A stretch of 64,000 nt of DNA from Auanema rhodensis (GCA_964057225.1 CAXKVF010000077.1:248001-312000), one strand, 5' to 3'. Shown: positions 37,501-53,900, counted from the stretch's first letter. Numbers and translations: made by a program. Notes: a model not told the origin generated them from the letters alone.

Positions 37501-40436
37501 CGCATTTCTTTATCTTTCACGTGAAGCGAGTTACATACCAAGTGCACATCACGTGTACATTTAATTAGCATAAATTAAAGTTCACGTAAATTTCAAAGTC
37601 ATGGTTACCATGCACCAATATCAGTTTTTAGACTAATATGGACATGGGGAATCTAATTTTGAAAACCGCATCTCTTTATCTTTCACGTGAAGCGAGTTAC
37701 ATACCAAGTGCACATCACGTGTACATTTAATTAGCATAAATTAAAGTTCACGTAAATTTCAAAGTCATGGTTACCATGAACCAATATCAATAAAAATTTG
37801 TTTTTAGACTAATATGGACATGGGGAATCTAATTTTGAAAACCGCATCTCTTTATCTTTCACGTGAAGCGAGTTACATACCAAGTGCACATCACGTGTAC
37901 ATTTAATTAGCATAAATTAAAGTTCACGTAAATTTCAAAGTCATGGTTACCATGCACCAATATCAATAAAAATTTGTTTTTAGACTAATATGGACATGGG
38001 GAATCTAATTTTAAAAACCGCATCTCTTTATCTTTCACGTGAAGCGAGTTACATACCTAGTGCACATCACGTGTACATTTAATTAGCATAAATTAAAGTT
38101 CACGTAAATTTCAAAGTCATAGTTACCATGAACCAATATCAATAAAAATTTGTTTTTAGACTAATATGGACATGGGGAATCTAATTTTGAAAACCGCATC
38201 TCTTTATCTTTCACGTGAAGCGAGTTACATACCAAGTGCACATCACGTGTACATTTAATTAGCATAAATTAAAGTTCACGTAAATTTCAAAGTCATGGTT
38301 ACCATGAAGCAATATCAATAAAAATTTCTTTTAGACTAATATGGACATGGGAAATCTAATTTTGAAAACCGCATCTCTTTATCTTTCACGTGAAGCGAGT
38401 TACATACCAAGTGCACATCACGTGTACATTTAATTAGCATAAATTAAAGTTCACGTAAATTTCAAAGTCATGGTTACCATGAACCAATATCAATAAAAAT
38501 TTGTTTTTAGACTAATATGGACATGGGGAATCTAATTTTGAAAACCGCATTTCTTTATCTTTCACGTGAAGCGAGTTACATACCAAGTGCACATCACGTG
38601 TACATTTAATTAGCATAAATTAAAGTTCACGTAAATTTCAAAGTCATGGTTACCATGTACCAATATCAGTTTTTAGACTAATATGGACATGGGGAATCTA
38701 ATTTTGAAAACCGCATCTCTTTATCTTTCACGTGAAGCGAGTTACATACCAAGTGCACATCACGTGTACATTTAATTAGCATAAATTAAAGTTCACGTAA
38801 ATTTCAAAGTCATGGTTACCATGAACCAATATCAATAAAAATTTGTTTTTAGACTAATATGGACATGGGGAATCTAATTTTGAAAACCGCATCTCTTTAT
38901 CTTTCACGTGAAGCGAGTTACATACCAAGTGCACATCACGTGTACATTTAATTAGCATAAATTAAAGTTCACGTAAATTTCAAAGTCATGGTTACCATGA
39001 ACCAATATCAATGAAAATTTGTTTTTAGACTAATATGGACATGGGGAATCTAATTTTGAAAACCGCATCTCTTTATCTTTCACGTGAAGCGAGTTACATA
39101 CCAAGTGCACATCACGTGTACATTTAATTAGCATAAATTAAAGTTCACGTAAATTTCAAAGTCATGGTTACCATGAACCAATATCAATAAAAATTTGTTT
39201 TTAGACTAATATGGACATGGGGAATCTAATTTTGAAAACCGCATCTCTTTATCTTTCACGTGAAGCGAGTTACATACCAAGTGCACATCACGTGTACATT
39301 TAATTAGCATAAATTAAAGTTCACGTAAATTTCAAAGTCATGGTTACCATGCACCAATATCAATAAAAATTTGTTTTTAGACTAATATGGACATGGGGAA
39401 TCTAATTTTGAAAACCGCATCTCTTTATCTTTCACGTGAAGCGAGTTACATACCAAGTGCACATCACGTGTACATTTAATTAGCATAAATTAAAGTTCAC
39501 GTAAATTTCAAAGTCATGGTTACCATGAACCAATATCAATAAAAATTTGTTTTTAGACTAATATGGACATGGGGAATCTAATTTTGAAAACCGCATCTCT
39601 TTATCTTTCACATGAAGCGAGTTACATACCAAGTGCACATCACGTGTACATTTAATTAGCATAAATTAAAGTTCACGTAAATTTCAAAGTCATGGTTACC
39701 ATGAAGCAATATCAATAAAAATTTGTTTTTAGACTAATATGGACATGGGGAATCTAATTTTGAAAACCGCATCTTTTTATCTTTCACGTGAAGCGAGTTA
39801 CATACCAAGTGCACATCACGTGTACATTTAATTAGCATAAATTAAAGTTCACGTAAATTTCAAAGTCATGGTTACCATGAACCAATATCAATAAAAATTT
39901 GTTTTTAGACTAATATGGACATGGGGAATCTAATTTTGAAAACCGCATCTCTTTATCTTTCACGTGAAGCGAGTTACATACCAAGTGCACATCACGTGTA
40001 CATTTAATTAGCATAAATTAAAGTTCACGTAAATTTCAAAGTCATGGTTACCATGAACCAATATCAATAAAAATTTGTTTTTAGACTAATATGGACATGG
40101 GGAATCTAATTTTGAAAACCGCATCTCTTTATCTTTCACATGAAGCGAGTTACATACCAAGTGCACATCACGTGTACATTTAATTAGCATAAATTAAAGT
40201 TCACGTAAATTTCAAAGTCATGGTTACCATGAAGCAATATCAATAAAAATTTGTTTTTAGACTAATATGGACATGGGGAATCTAATTTTGAAAACCGCAT
40301 CTTTTTATCTTTCACGTGAAGCGAGTTACATACCAAGTGCACATCACGTGTACATTTAATTAGCATAAATTAAAGTTCACGTAAATTTCAAAGTCATGGT
40401 TACCATGAACCAATATCAATAAAAATTTGTTTTTAG
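31505..40436 (+). repeat. Domain 2: 6-monomer HOR (1045 bp) with 175-bp and 166-bp monomers, nested in a 21-monomer (3674 bp) duplication
   Basis: G18A monomers start at 33616, 34661, 37290 and 38335 (spacings 1045, 2629, 1045; 33616 to 37290 = 3674). Each is preceded by a 175-bp monomer (...AAAAATTTCTTTTAG) and followed by a 166-bp monomer (...CAATATCAGTTTTTAG). Confidence 0.9.
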
Positions 40437-43400
40437 ACTAATATGGACATGGGGAATCTAATTTTGAAAACCGCATCTCTTTATCTTTCACGTGAAGCGA
40501 GTTACATACCAAGTGCACATCACGTGTACATTTAATTAGCATAAATTAAAGTTCACGTAAATTTCAAAGTCATGGTTACCATGCACCAATATCAATAAAA
40601 TTTTGTTTTTAGACTAATATGGACATGGGGAATCTAATTTTGAAAACCGCATCTCTTTATCTTTCACGTGAAGCGAGTTACATACCAAGTGCACATCACG
40701 TGTACATTTAATTAGCATAAATTAAAGTTCACGTAAATTTCAAAGTCATGGTTACCATGCACCAATATCAATAAAATTTTGTTTTTAGACTAATATGGAC
40801 ATGGGGAATCTAATTTTGGAAACAGCATCTCTTCATCTTTCACGTGAAGCGAGTTACATACCAAGTGCACATCACGTGTACATTTAATTAGCATAAATTA
40901 AAGTTCACGTAAATTTCAAAGTCATGGTTACCATGCACCAATATCAATAAAAATTTGTTTTTAGACTAATATGGACATGGGGAATCTAATTTTGAAAACC
41001 GCATCTCTTTATCTTTCACGTGAAGCGAGTTACATACCAAGTGCACATCACGTGTACATTTAATTAGCATAAATTAAAGTTCACGTAAATTTCAAAGTCA
41101 TGGTTACCATGCACCAATATCAATAAAAATTTGTTTTTAGACTAATATGGACATGGGGAATCTAATTTTGAGAACCGCATCTCTTTATCTTTCACGTGAA
41201 GCGAGTTACATACCAAGTGCACATCACGTGTACATTTAATTAGCATAAATTAAAGTTCACGTAAATTTCAAAGTCATGGTTACCATGAACCAATATCAAT
41301 AAAAATTTGTGTTAAGACTAATATGGACATGGGGAATCTAATTTTGAAAACCGCATCTCTTTATCTTTCACGTGAAGCGAGTTACATACCAAGTGCACAT
41401 CACGTGTACATTTAATTAGCATAAATTAAAGTTCACGTAAATTTCAAAGTCATGGTTACCATGAACCAATATCAATAAAAATTTGTTTTTAGACTAATAT
41501 GGACATGGGGAATCTAATTTTGAAAACCGCATCTCTTTATCTTTCACGTGAAGCGAGTTACATACCAAGTGCACATCACGTGTACATTTAATTAGCATAA
41601 ATTAAAGTTCACGTAAATTTCAAAGTCATGGTTACCATGAACCAATATCAATAAAAATTTGTTTTTAGACTAATATGGACATGGGGAATCTAATTTTAAA
41701 AACCGCATCTCTTTATCTTTCACGTGAAGCGAGTTACATACGAAGTGCACATCACGTGTACATTTAATTAGCATAAATTAAAGTTCACGTAAATTTCAAA
41801 GTCATGGTTACCATGAACCAATATCAATAAAAATTTGTTTTTAGACTAATATGGACATGGGGAATCTAATTTTGAAAACCGCATCTCTTTATCTTTCACG
41901 TGAAGCGAGTTACATACCAAGTGCACATCACGTGTACATTTAATTAGCATAAATTAAAGTTCACGTAAATTTCAAAGTCATGGTTACCATGAACCAATAT
42001 CAATAAAAATTTGTTTTTAGACTAATATGGACATGGCGAATCTAATTTTGAAAACCGCATCTCTTTATCTTTCACGTGAAGCGAGTTACATACCAAGTGC
42101 ACATCACGTGTACATTTAATGAGCATAAATTAAAGTTCACGTAAATTTCAAAGTCATGGTTACCATGAACTAATATCAATAAAAATTTGTTTTTAGACTA
42201 ATATGGACATGGGGAATCTAATTTTGAAAACCGCATCTCTTTATCTTTCACGTGAAGCAAGTTACATACCAAGTGCACATCACGTGTACATTTAATTAGC
42301 ATAAATTAAAGTTCACGTAAATTTCGAAGTCATGGTTACCATGCACCAATATCAATAAAATTTTGTTTTTAGACTAATATGGACATGGGGAATCTAATTT
42401 TGAAAACCGCATCTCTTTATCTTTCACGTGAAGCGAGTTACATACCAAGTGCACATCACGTGTACATTTAATTAGCATAAATTAAAGTTCACGTAAATTT
42501 CAAAGTCATGGTTACCATGAACCAATATCAATAAAAATATGTTTTTAGACTAATATGGACATGGGGAATCTAATTTTGAAAACCGCATCTCTTTATCTTT
42601 CACGTGAAGCGAGTTACATACCAAGTGCACATCACGTGTACATTTAATTAGCATAAATTAAAGTTCACGTAAATTTCAAAGTCATGGTTACCATGCACCA
42701 ATATCAATAAAATTTTGTTTTTAGACTAATATGGACATGGGGAATCTAATTTTGAAAACCGCATCTCTTTATCTTTCACGTGAAGCGAGTTACATACCAA
42801 GTGCACATCACGTGTACATTTAATTAGCATAAATTAAAGTTCACGTAAATTTCAAAGTCATGGTTACCATGCACCAATATCAATAAAATTTTGTTTTTAG
42901 ACTAATATGGACATGGGGAATCTAATTTTGAAAACAGCATCTCTTCATCTTTCACGTGAAGCGAGTTACATACCAAGTGCACATCACGTGTACATTTAAT
43001 TAGCATAAATTAAAGTTCACGTAAATTTCAAAGTCATGGTTACCATGCACCAATATCAATAAAAATTTGTTTTTAGACTAATATGGACATGGGGAATCTA
43101 ATTTTGAAAACCGCATCTCTTTATCTTTCACGTGAAGCGAGTTACATACCAAGTGCACATCACGTGTACATTTAATTAGCATAAATTAAAGTTCACGTAA
43201 ATTTCAAAGTCATGGTTACCATGCACCAATATCAATAAAAATTTGTTTTTAGACTAATATGGACATGGGGAATCTAATTTTGAGAACCGCATCTCTTTAT
43301 CTTTCACGTGAAGCGAGTTACATACCAAGTGCACATCACGTGTACATTTAATTAGCATAAATTAAAGTTCACGTAAATTTCAAAGTCATGGTTACCATGA

Positions 43401-46400
43401 ACCAATATCAATAAAAATTTGTTTTTAGACTAATATGGACATGGGGAATCTAATTTTGAAAACCGCATCTCTTTATCTTTCACGTGAAGCGAGTTACATA
43501 CCAAGTGCACATCACGTGTACATTTAATTAGCATAAATTAAAGTTCACGTAAATTTCAAAGTCATGGTTACCATGAACCAATATCAATAAAAATTTGTGT
43601 TAAGACTAATATGGACATGGGGAATCTAATTTTGAAAACCGCATCTCTTTATCTTTCACGTGAAGCGAGTTACATACCAAGTGCACATCACGTGTACATT
43701 TAATTAGCATAAATTAAAGTTCACGTAAATTTCAAAGTCATGGTTACCATGAACCAATATCAATAAAAATTTGTTTTTAGACTAATATGGACATGGGGAA
43801 TCTAATTTTGAAAACCGCATCTCTTTATCTTTCACGTGAAGCGAGTTACATACCAAGTGCACATCACGTGTACATTTAATTAGCATAAATTAAAGTTCAC
43901 GTAAATTTCAAAGTCATGGTTACCATGAACCAATATCAATAAAAATTTGTTTTTAGACTAATATGGACATGGGGAATCTAATTTTAAAAACCGCATCTCT
44001 TTATCTTTCACGTGAAGCGAGTTACATACGAAGTGCACATCACGTGTACATTTAATTAGCATAAATTAAAGTTCACGTAAATTTCAAAGTCATGGTTACC
44101 ATGAACCAATATCAATAAAAATTTGTTTTTAGACTAATATGGACATGGGGAATCTAATTTTGAAAACCGCATCTCTTTATCTTTCACGTGAAGCGAGTTA
44201 CATACCAAGTGCACATCACGTGTACATTTAATTAGCATAAATTAAAGTTCACGTAAATTTCAAAGTCATGGTTACCATGAACCAATATCAATAAAAATTT
44301 GTTTTTAGACTAATATGGACATGGGGAATCTAATTTTGAAAACCGCATCTCTTTATCTTTCACGTGAAGCGAGTTACATACCAAGTGCACATCACGTGTA
44401 CATTTAATGAGCATAAATTAAAGTTCACGTAAATTTCAAAGTCATGGTTACCATGAACTAATATCAATAAAAATTTGTTTTTAGACTAATATGGACATGG
44501 GGAATCTAATTTTGAAAACCGCATCTCTTTATCTTTCACGTGAAGCAAGTTACATACCAAGTGCACATCACGTGTACATTTAATTAGCATAAATTAAAGT
44601 TCACGTAAATTTCGAAGTCATGGTTACCATGCACCAATATCAATAAAATTTTGTTTTTAGACTAATATGGACATGGGGAATCTAATTTTGAAAACCGCAT
44701 CTCTTTATCTTTCACGTGAAGCGAGTTACATACCAAGTGCACATCACGTGTACATTTAATTAGCATAAATTAAAGTTCACGTAAATTTCAAAGTCATGGT
44801 TACCATGCACCAATATCAATAAAAATTCGTGTTAAGACTAATATGGACATGGGGAATCTAATTTTGAAAACAGCATCTCTTTATCTTTCACGTGAAGCGA
44901 GTTACATACCAAGTGCACATCACGTGTACATTTAATTAGCATAAATTAAAGTTCACGTAAATTTCAAAGTCATGGTTACCATGAACCAATATCAATAAAA
45001 ATTTGTTTTTAGACTAATATGGACATGGGGAATCTAATTTTGAAAACCGCATCTCTTTATCTTTCACATGAAGCGAGTTACATACCAAGTGCACATCACG
45101 TGTACATTTAATTAGCATAAATTAAAGTTCACGTAAATTTCAAAGTCATGGTTACCATGAAGCAATATCAATAAAAATTTGTTTTTAGACTAATATGGAC
45201 ATGGGGAATCTAATTTTGAAAACCGCATCTTTTTATCTTTCACGTGAAGCGAGTTACATACCAAGTGCACATCACGTGTACATTTAATTAGCATAAATTA
45301 AAGTTCACGTAAATTTCAAAGTCATGGTTACCATGAACCAATATCAATAAAAATTTGTTTTTAGACTAATATGGACATGGGGAATCTAATTTTGAAAACC
45401 GCATCTCTTTATCTTTCACGTGAAGCGAGTTACATACCAAGTGCACATCACGTGTACATTTAATTAGCATAAATTAAAGTTCACGTAAATTTCAAAGTCA
45501 TGGTTACCATGCACCAATATCAATAAAATTTTGTTTTTAGACTAATATGGACATGGGGAATCTAATTTTGAAAACCGCATCTCTTTATCTTTCACGTGAA
45601 GCGAGTTACATACCAAGTGCACATCACGTGTACATTTAATTAGCATAAATTAAAGTTCACGTAAATTTCAAAGTCATGGTTACCATGCACCAATATCAAT
45701 AAAATTTTGTTTTTAGACTAATATGGACATGGGGAATCTAATTTTGAAAACAGCATCTCTTCATCTTTCACGTGAAGCGAGTTACATACCAAGTGCACAT
45801 CACGTGTACATTTAATTAGCATAAATTAAAGTTCACGTAAATTTCAAAGTCATGGTTACCATGCACCAATATCAATAAAAATTTGTTTTTAGACTAATAT
45901 GGACATGGGGAATCTAATTTTGAAAACCGCATCTCTTTATCTTTCACGTGAAGCGAGTTACATACCAAGTGCACATCACGTGTACATTTAATTAGCATAA
46001 ATTAAAGTTCACGTAAATTTCAAAGTCATGGTTACCATGCACCAATATCAATAAAAATTTGTTTTTAGACTAATATGGACATGGGGAATCTAATTTTGAG
46101 AACCGCATCTCTTTATCTTTCACGTGAAGCGAGTTACATACCAAGTGCACATCACGTGTACATTTAATTAGCATAAATTAAAGTTCACGTAAATTTCAAA
46201 GTCATGGTTACCATGAACCAATATCAATAAAAATTTGTTTTTAGACTAATATGGACATGGGGAATCTAATTTTGAAAACCGCATCTTTTTATCTTTCACG
46301 TGAAGCGAGTTACATACCAAGTGCACATCACGTGTACATTTAATTAGCATAAATTAAAGTTCACGTAAATTTCAAAGTCATGGTTACCATGAACCAATAT

Positions 46401-49400
46401 CAATAAAAATTTGTGTTAAGACTAATATGGACATGGGGAATCTAATTTTGAAAACCGCATCTCTTTATCTTTCACGTGAAGCGAGTTACATACCAAGTGC
46501 ACATCACGTGTACATTTAATTAGCATAAATTAAAGTTCACGTAAATTTCAAAGTCATGGTTACCATGAACCAATATCAATAAAAATTTGTTTTTAGACTA
46601 ATATGGACATGGGGAATCTAATTTTGAAAACCTCATCTCTTTATCTTTCACGTGAAGCGAGTTACATACCAAGTGCACATCACGTGTACATTTAATTAGC
46701 ATAAATTAAAGTTCACGTAAATTTCAAAGTCATGGTTACCATGAACCAATATCAATAAAAATTTGTTTTTAGACTAATATGGACATGGGGAATCTAATTT
46801 TGAAAACCGCATCTCTTTATCTTTCACGTGAAGCGAGTTACATACCAAGTGCACATCACGTGTACATTTAATTAGCATAAATTAAAGTTCACGTAAATTT
46901 CAAAGTCATGGTTACCATGAACCAATATCAATAAAAATTTGTTTTTAGACTAATATGGACATGGGGAATCTAATTTTAAAAACCGCATCTCTTTATCTTT
47001 CACGTGAAGCGAGTTACATACCAAGTGCACATCACGTGTACATTTAATTAGCATAAATTAAAGTTCACGTAAATTTCAAAGTCATGGTTACCATGAACCA
47101 ATATCAATAAAAATTTGTTTTTAGACTAATATGGACATGGGGAATCTAATTTTGAAAACCGCATCTCTTTATCTTTCACGTGAAGCGAGTTACATACCAA
47201 GTGCACATCACGTGTACATTTAATTAGCATAAATTAAAGTTCACGTAAATTTCAAAGTCATGGTTACCATGAACCAATATCAATAAAAATTTGTTTTTAG
47301 ACTAATATGGACATGGGGAATCTAATTTTGAAAACCGCATCTCTTTATCTTTCACGTGAAGCGAGTTACATACCAAGTGCACATCACGTGTACATTTAAT
47401 TAGCATAAATTAAAGTTCACGTAAATTTCAAAGTCATGGTTACCATGAACCAATATCAATAAAAATTTGTTTTTAGACTAATATGGACATGGGGAATCTA
47501 ATTTTAAAAACCGCATCTCTTTATCTTTCACGTGAAGCGAGTTACATACCAAGTGCACATCACGTGTACATTTAATTAGCATAAATTAAAGTTCACGTAA
47601 ATTTCAAAGTCATGGTTACCATGAACCAATATCAATAAAAATTTGTTTTTAGACTAATATGGACATGGGGAATCTAATTTTGAAAACCGCATCTCTTTAT
47701 CTTTCACGTGAAGCGAGTTACATACCAAGTGCACATCACGTGTACATTTAATTAGCATAAATTAAAGTTCACGTAAATTTCAAAGTCATGGTTACCATGA
47801 ACCAATATCAATAAAAATTTGTTTTTAGACTAATATGGACATGGGGAATCTAATTTTGAAAACCGCATCTCTTTATCTTTCACGTGAAGCGAGTTACATA
47901 CCAAGTGCACATCACGTGTACATTTAATGAGCATAAATTAAAGTTCACGTAAATTTCAAAGTCATGGTTACCATGAACTAATATCAATAAAAATTAGTTT
48001 TTAGACTAATATGGACATGGGGAATCTAATTTTGAAAACCGCATCTCTTTATCTTTCACGTGAAGCAAGTTACATACCAAGTGCACATCACGTGTACATT
48101 TAATTAGCATAAATTAAAGTTCACGTAAATTTCGAAGTCATGGTTACCATGCACCAATATCAATAAAATTTTGTTTTTAGACTAATATGGACATGGGGAA
48201 TCTAATTTTGAAAACCGCATCTCTTTATCTTTCACGTGAAGCGAGTTACATACCAAGTGCACATCACGTGTACATTTAATTAGCATAAATTAAAGTTCAC
48301 GTAAATTTCAAAGTCATGGTTACCATGCACCAATATCAATAAAAATTTGTGTTAAGACTAATATGGACATGGGGAATCTAATTTTGAAAACAGCATCTCT
48401 TTATCTTTCACGTGAAGCGAGTTACATACCAAGTGCACATCACGTGTACATTTAATTAGCATAAATTAAAGTTCACGTAAATTTCAAAGTCATGGTTACC
48501 ATGAACCAATATCAATAAAAATTTGTTTTTAGACTAATATGGACATGGGGAATCTAATTTTGAAAACCGCATCTCTTTATCTTTCACGTGAAGCGAGTTA
48601 CATACCAAGTGCACATCACGTGTACATTTAATTAGCATAAATTAAAGTTCACGTAAATTTCAAAGTCATGGTTACCATGCACCAATATCAATAAAATTTT
48701 GTTTTTAGACTAATATGGACATGGGGAATCTAATTTTGAAAACCGCATCTCTTTATCTTTCACGTGAAGCGAGTTACATACCAAGTGCACATCACGTGTA
48801 CATTTAATTAGCATAAATTAAAGTTCACGTAAATTTCAAAGTCATGGTTACCATGCACCAATATCAATAAAATTTTGTTTTTAGACTAATATGGACATGG
48901 GGAATCTAATTTTGAAAACAGCATCTCTTCATCTTTCACGTGAAGCGAGTTACATACCAAGTGCACATCACGTGTACATTTAATTAGCATAAATTAAAGT
49001 TCACGTAAATTTCAAAGTCATGGTTACCATGCACCAATATCAATAAAAATTTGTTTTTAGACTAATATGGACATGGGGAATCTAATTTTGAAAACCGCAT
49101 CTCTTTATCTTTCACGTGAAGCGAGTTACATACCAAGTGCACATCACGTGTACATTTAATTAGCATAAATTAAAGTTCACGTAAATTTCAAAGTCATGGT
49201 TACCATGAACCAATATCAATAAAAATTTGTTTTTAGACTAATATGGACATGGGGAATCTAATTTTAAAAACCGCATCTCTTTATCTTTCACGTGAAGCGA
49301 GTTACATACCAAGTGCACATCACGTGTACATTTAATTAGCATAAATTAAAGTTCACGTAAATTTCAAAGTCATGGTTACCATGAACCAATATCAATAAAA

Positions 49401-50820
49401 ATTTGTTTTTAGACTAATATGGACATGGGGAATCTAATTTTGAAAACCGCATCTCTTTATCTTTCACGTGAAGCGAGTTACATACCAAGTGCACATCACG
49501 TGTACATTTAATGAGCATAAATTAAAGTTCACGTAAATTTCAAAGTCATGGTTACCATGAACTAATATCAATAAAAATTTGTTTTTAGACTAATATGGAC
49601 ATGGGGAATCTAATTTTGAAAACCGCATCTCTTTATCTTTCACGTGAAGCAAGTTACATACCAAGTGCACATCACGTGTACATTTAATTAGCATAAATTA
49701 AAGTTCACGTAAATTTCGAAGTCATGGTTACCATGCACCAATATCAATAAAATTTTGTTTTTAGACTAATATGGACATGGGGAATCTAATTTTGAAAACC
49801 GCATCTCTTTATCTTTCACGTGAAGCGAGTTACATACCAAGTGCACATCACGTGTACATTTAATTAGCATAAATTAAAGTTCACGTAAATTTCAAAGTCA
49901 TGGTTACCATGCACCAATATCAATAAAAATTTGTGTTAAGACTAATATGGACATGGGGAATCTAATTTTCAAAACAGCATCTCTTTATCTTTCACGTGAA
50001 GCGAGTTACATACCAAGTGCACATCACGTGTACATTTAATTAGCATAAATTAAAGTTCACGTAAATTTCAAAGTCATGGTTACCATGAACCAATATCAAT
50101 AAAAATTTGTTTTTAGACTAATATGGACATGGGGAATCTAATTTTGAAAACCGCATCTCTTTATCTTTCACGTGAAGCGAGTTACATACCAAGTGCACAT
50201 CACGTGTACATTTAATTAGCATAAATTAAAGTTCACGTAAATTTCAAAGTCATGGTTACCATGCACCAATATCAATAAAATTTTGTTTTTAGACTAATAT
50301 GGACATGGGGAATCTAATTTTGAAAACCGCATCTCTTTATCTTTCACGTGAAGCGAGTTACATACCAAGTGCACATCACGTGTACATTTAATTAGCATAA
50401 ATTAAAGTTCACGTAAATTTCAAAGTCATGGTTACCATGCACCAATATCAATAAAATTTTGTTTTTAGACTAATATGGACATGGGGAATCTAATTTTGAA
50501 AACAGCATCTCTTCATCTTTCACGTGAAGCGAGTTACATACCAAGTGCACATCACGTGTACATTTAATTAGCATAAATTAAAGTTCACGTAAATTTCAAA
50601 GTCATGGTTACCATGCACCAATATCAATAAAAATTTGTTTTTAGACTAATATGGACATGGGGAATCTAATTTTGAAAACCGCATCTCTTTATCTTTCACG
50701 TGAAGCGAGTTACATACCAAGTGCACATCACGTGTACATTTAATTAGCATAAATTAAAGTTCACGTAAATTTCAAAGTCATGGTTACCATGCACCAATAT
50801 CAATAAAAATTTGTTTTTAG
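40437..50820 (+). repeat. Domain 3: variable-length HOR (9-18 monomers) with its own marker set
   Basis: The marker monomer C36A+T46C+A148C starts at 40789, 42901, 45717, 48885 and 50469. The marker G63A+A130G+A148C+A165T starts at 42197, 44485, 48005 and 49589, always after a T101G+C151T monomer. Confidence 0.8.
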
Positions 50821-50996
50821 ACTAATATGGACATGGGGAATCTAATTTTGAAAACCGCATCTCTTTATCTTTCACGTGAAGCGAGTTACATACCAAGTGC
50901 ACATCACGTGTACATTTAATTAGCATAAATTAAAGTTCACGTAAATTTCAAAGTCAATGTTACCATGAACCAATATCAATAAAAATTTGTTTTTAG

Positions 50997-53900
50997 ACTA
51001 ATATGGACATGGGGAATCTAATTTTGAAAACCGCATCTCTTTATCTTTCACGTGAAGCGAGTTACATACCAAGTGCACATCACGTGTACATTTAATTAGC
51101 ATAAATTAAAGTTCACGTAAATTTCAAAGTCATGGTTACCATGAACCAATATCAATAAAAATTTGTGTTAAGACTAATATGGACATGGGGAATCTAATTT
51201 TGAAAACCGCATCTCTTTATCTTTCACGTGAAGCGAGTTACATACCAAGTGCACATCACGTGTACATTTAATTAGCATAAATTAAAGTTCACGTAAATTT
51301 CAAAGTCATGGTTACCATGAACCAATATCAATAAAAATTTGTTTTTAGACTAATATGGACATGGGGAATCTAATTTTGAAAACCGCATCTCTTTATCTTT
51401 CACGTGAAGCGAGTTACATACCAAGTGCACATCACGTGTACATTTAATTAGCATAAATTAAAGTTCACGTAAATTTCAAAGTCATGGTTACCATGAACCA
51501 ATATCAATAAAAATTTGTTTTTAGACTAATATGGACATGGGGAATCTAATTTTAAAAACCGCATCTCTTTATCTTTCACGTGAAGCGAGTTACATACCAA
51601 GTGCACATCACGTGTACATTTAATTAGCATAAATTAAAGTTCACGTAAATTTCAAAGTCATGGTTACCATGAACCAATATCAATAAAAATTTGTTTTTAG
51701 ACTAATATGGACATGGGGAATCTAATTTTGAAAACCGCATCTCTTTATCTTTCACGTGAAGCGAGTTACATACCAAGTGCACATCACGTGTACATTTAAT
51801 TAGCATAAATTAAAGTTCACGTAAATTTCAAAGTCATGGTTACCATGAACCAATATCAATAAAAATTTGTTTTTAGACTAATATGGACATGGGGAATCTA
51901 ATTTTGAAAACCGCATCTCTTTATCTTTCACGTGAAGCGAGTTACATACCAAGTGCACATCACGTGTACATTTAATTAGCATAAATTAAAGTTCACGTAA
52001 ATTTCAAAGTCATGGTTACCATGAACCAATATCAATAAAAATTTGTTTTTAGACTAATATGGACATGGGGAATCTAATTTTGAAAACCGCATCTCTTTAT
52101 CTTTCACGTGAAGCGAGTTACATACCAAGTGCACATCACGTGTACATTTAATTAGCATAAATTAAAGTTCACGTAAATTTCAAAGTCATGGTTACCATGA
52201 ACCAATATCAATAAAAATTTGTTTTTAGACTAATATGGACATGGGGAATCTAATTTTGAAAACCGCATCTCTTTATCTTTCACATGAAGCGAGTTACATA
52301 CCAAGTGCACATCACGTGTACATTTAATTAGCATAAATTAAAGTTCACGTAAATTTCAAAGTCATGGTTACCATGAACCAATATCAATAAAAATTTGTTT
52401 TTAGACTAATATGGACATGGGGAATCTAATTTTGAAAACCGCATCTCTTTATCTTTCACGTGAAGCGAGTTACATACCAAGTGCACATCACGTGTACATT
52501 TAATTAGCATAAATTAAAGTTCACGTAAATTTCAAAGTCATGGTTACCATGAACCAATATCAATAAAAATTTGTTTTTAGACTAATATGGACATGGGGAA
52601 TCTAATTTTAAAAACCGCATCTCTTTATCTTTCACGTGAAGCGAGTTACATACCAAGTGCACATCACGTGTACATTTAATTAGCATAAATTAAAGTTCAC
52701 GTAAATTTCAAAGTCATGGTTACCATGAACCAATATCAATAAAAATTTGTTTTTAGACTAATATGGACATGGGGAATCTAATTTTGAAAACCGCATCTCT
52801 TTATCTTTCACGTGAAGCGAGTTACATACCAAGTGCACATCACGTGTACATTTAATTAGCATAAATTAAAGTTCACGTAAATTTCAAAGTCATGGTTACC
52901 ATGAACCAATATCAATAAAAATTTGTTTTTAGACTAATATGGACATGGGGAATCTAATTTTGAAAACCGCATCTCTTTATCTTTCACATGAAGCGAGTTA
53001 CATACCAAGTGCACATCACGTGTACATTTAATTAGCATAAATTAAAGTTCACGTAAATTTCAAAGTCATGGTTACCATGAACCAATATCAATAAAAATTT
53101 GTGTTAAGACTAATATGGACATGGGGAATCTAATTTTGAAAACCGCATCTCTTTATCTTTCACGTGAAGCGAGTTACATACCAAGTGCACATCACGTGTA
53201 CATTTAATTAGCATAAATTAAAGTTCACGTAAATTTCAAAGTCATGGTTACCATGAACCAATATCAATAAAAATTTGTTTTTAGACTAATATGGACATGG
53301 GGAATCTAATTTTGAAAACCGCATCTCTTTATCTTTCACGTGAAGCGAGTTACATACCAAGTGCACATCACGTGTACATTTAATTAGCATAAATTAAAGT
53401 TCACGTAAATTTCAAAGTCATGGTTACCATGAACCAATATCAATAAAAATTTGTGTTAAGACTAATATGGACATGGGGAATCTAATTTTGAAAACCGCAT
53501 CTCTTTATCTTTCACGTGAAGCGAGTTACATACCAAGTGCACATCACGTGTACATTTAATTAGCATAAATTAAAGTTCACGTAAATTTCAAAGTCATGGT
53601 TACCATGAACCAATATCAATAAAAATTTGTTTTTAGACTAATATGGACATGGGGAATCTAATTTTGAAAACCGCATCTCTTTATCTTTCACGTGAAGCGA
53701 GTTACATACCAAGTGCACATCACGTGTACATTTAATTAGCATAAATTAAAGTTCACGTAAATTTCAAAGTCATGGTTACCATGAACCAATATCAATAAAA
53801 ATTTGTTTTTAGACTAATATGGACATGGGGAATCTAATTTTAAAAACCGCATCTCTTTATCTTTCACGTGAAGCGAGTTACATACCAAGTGCACATCACG

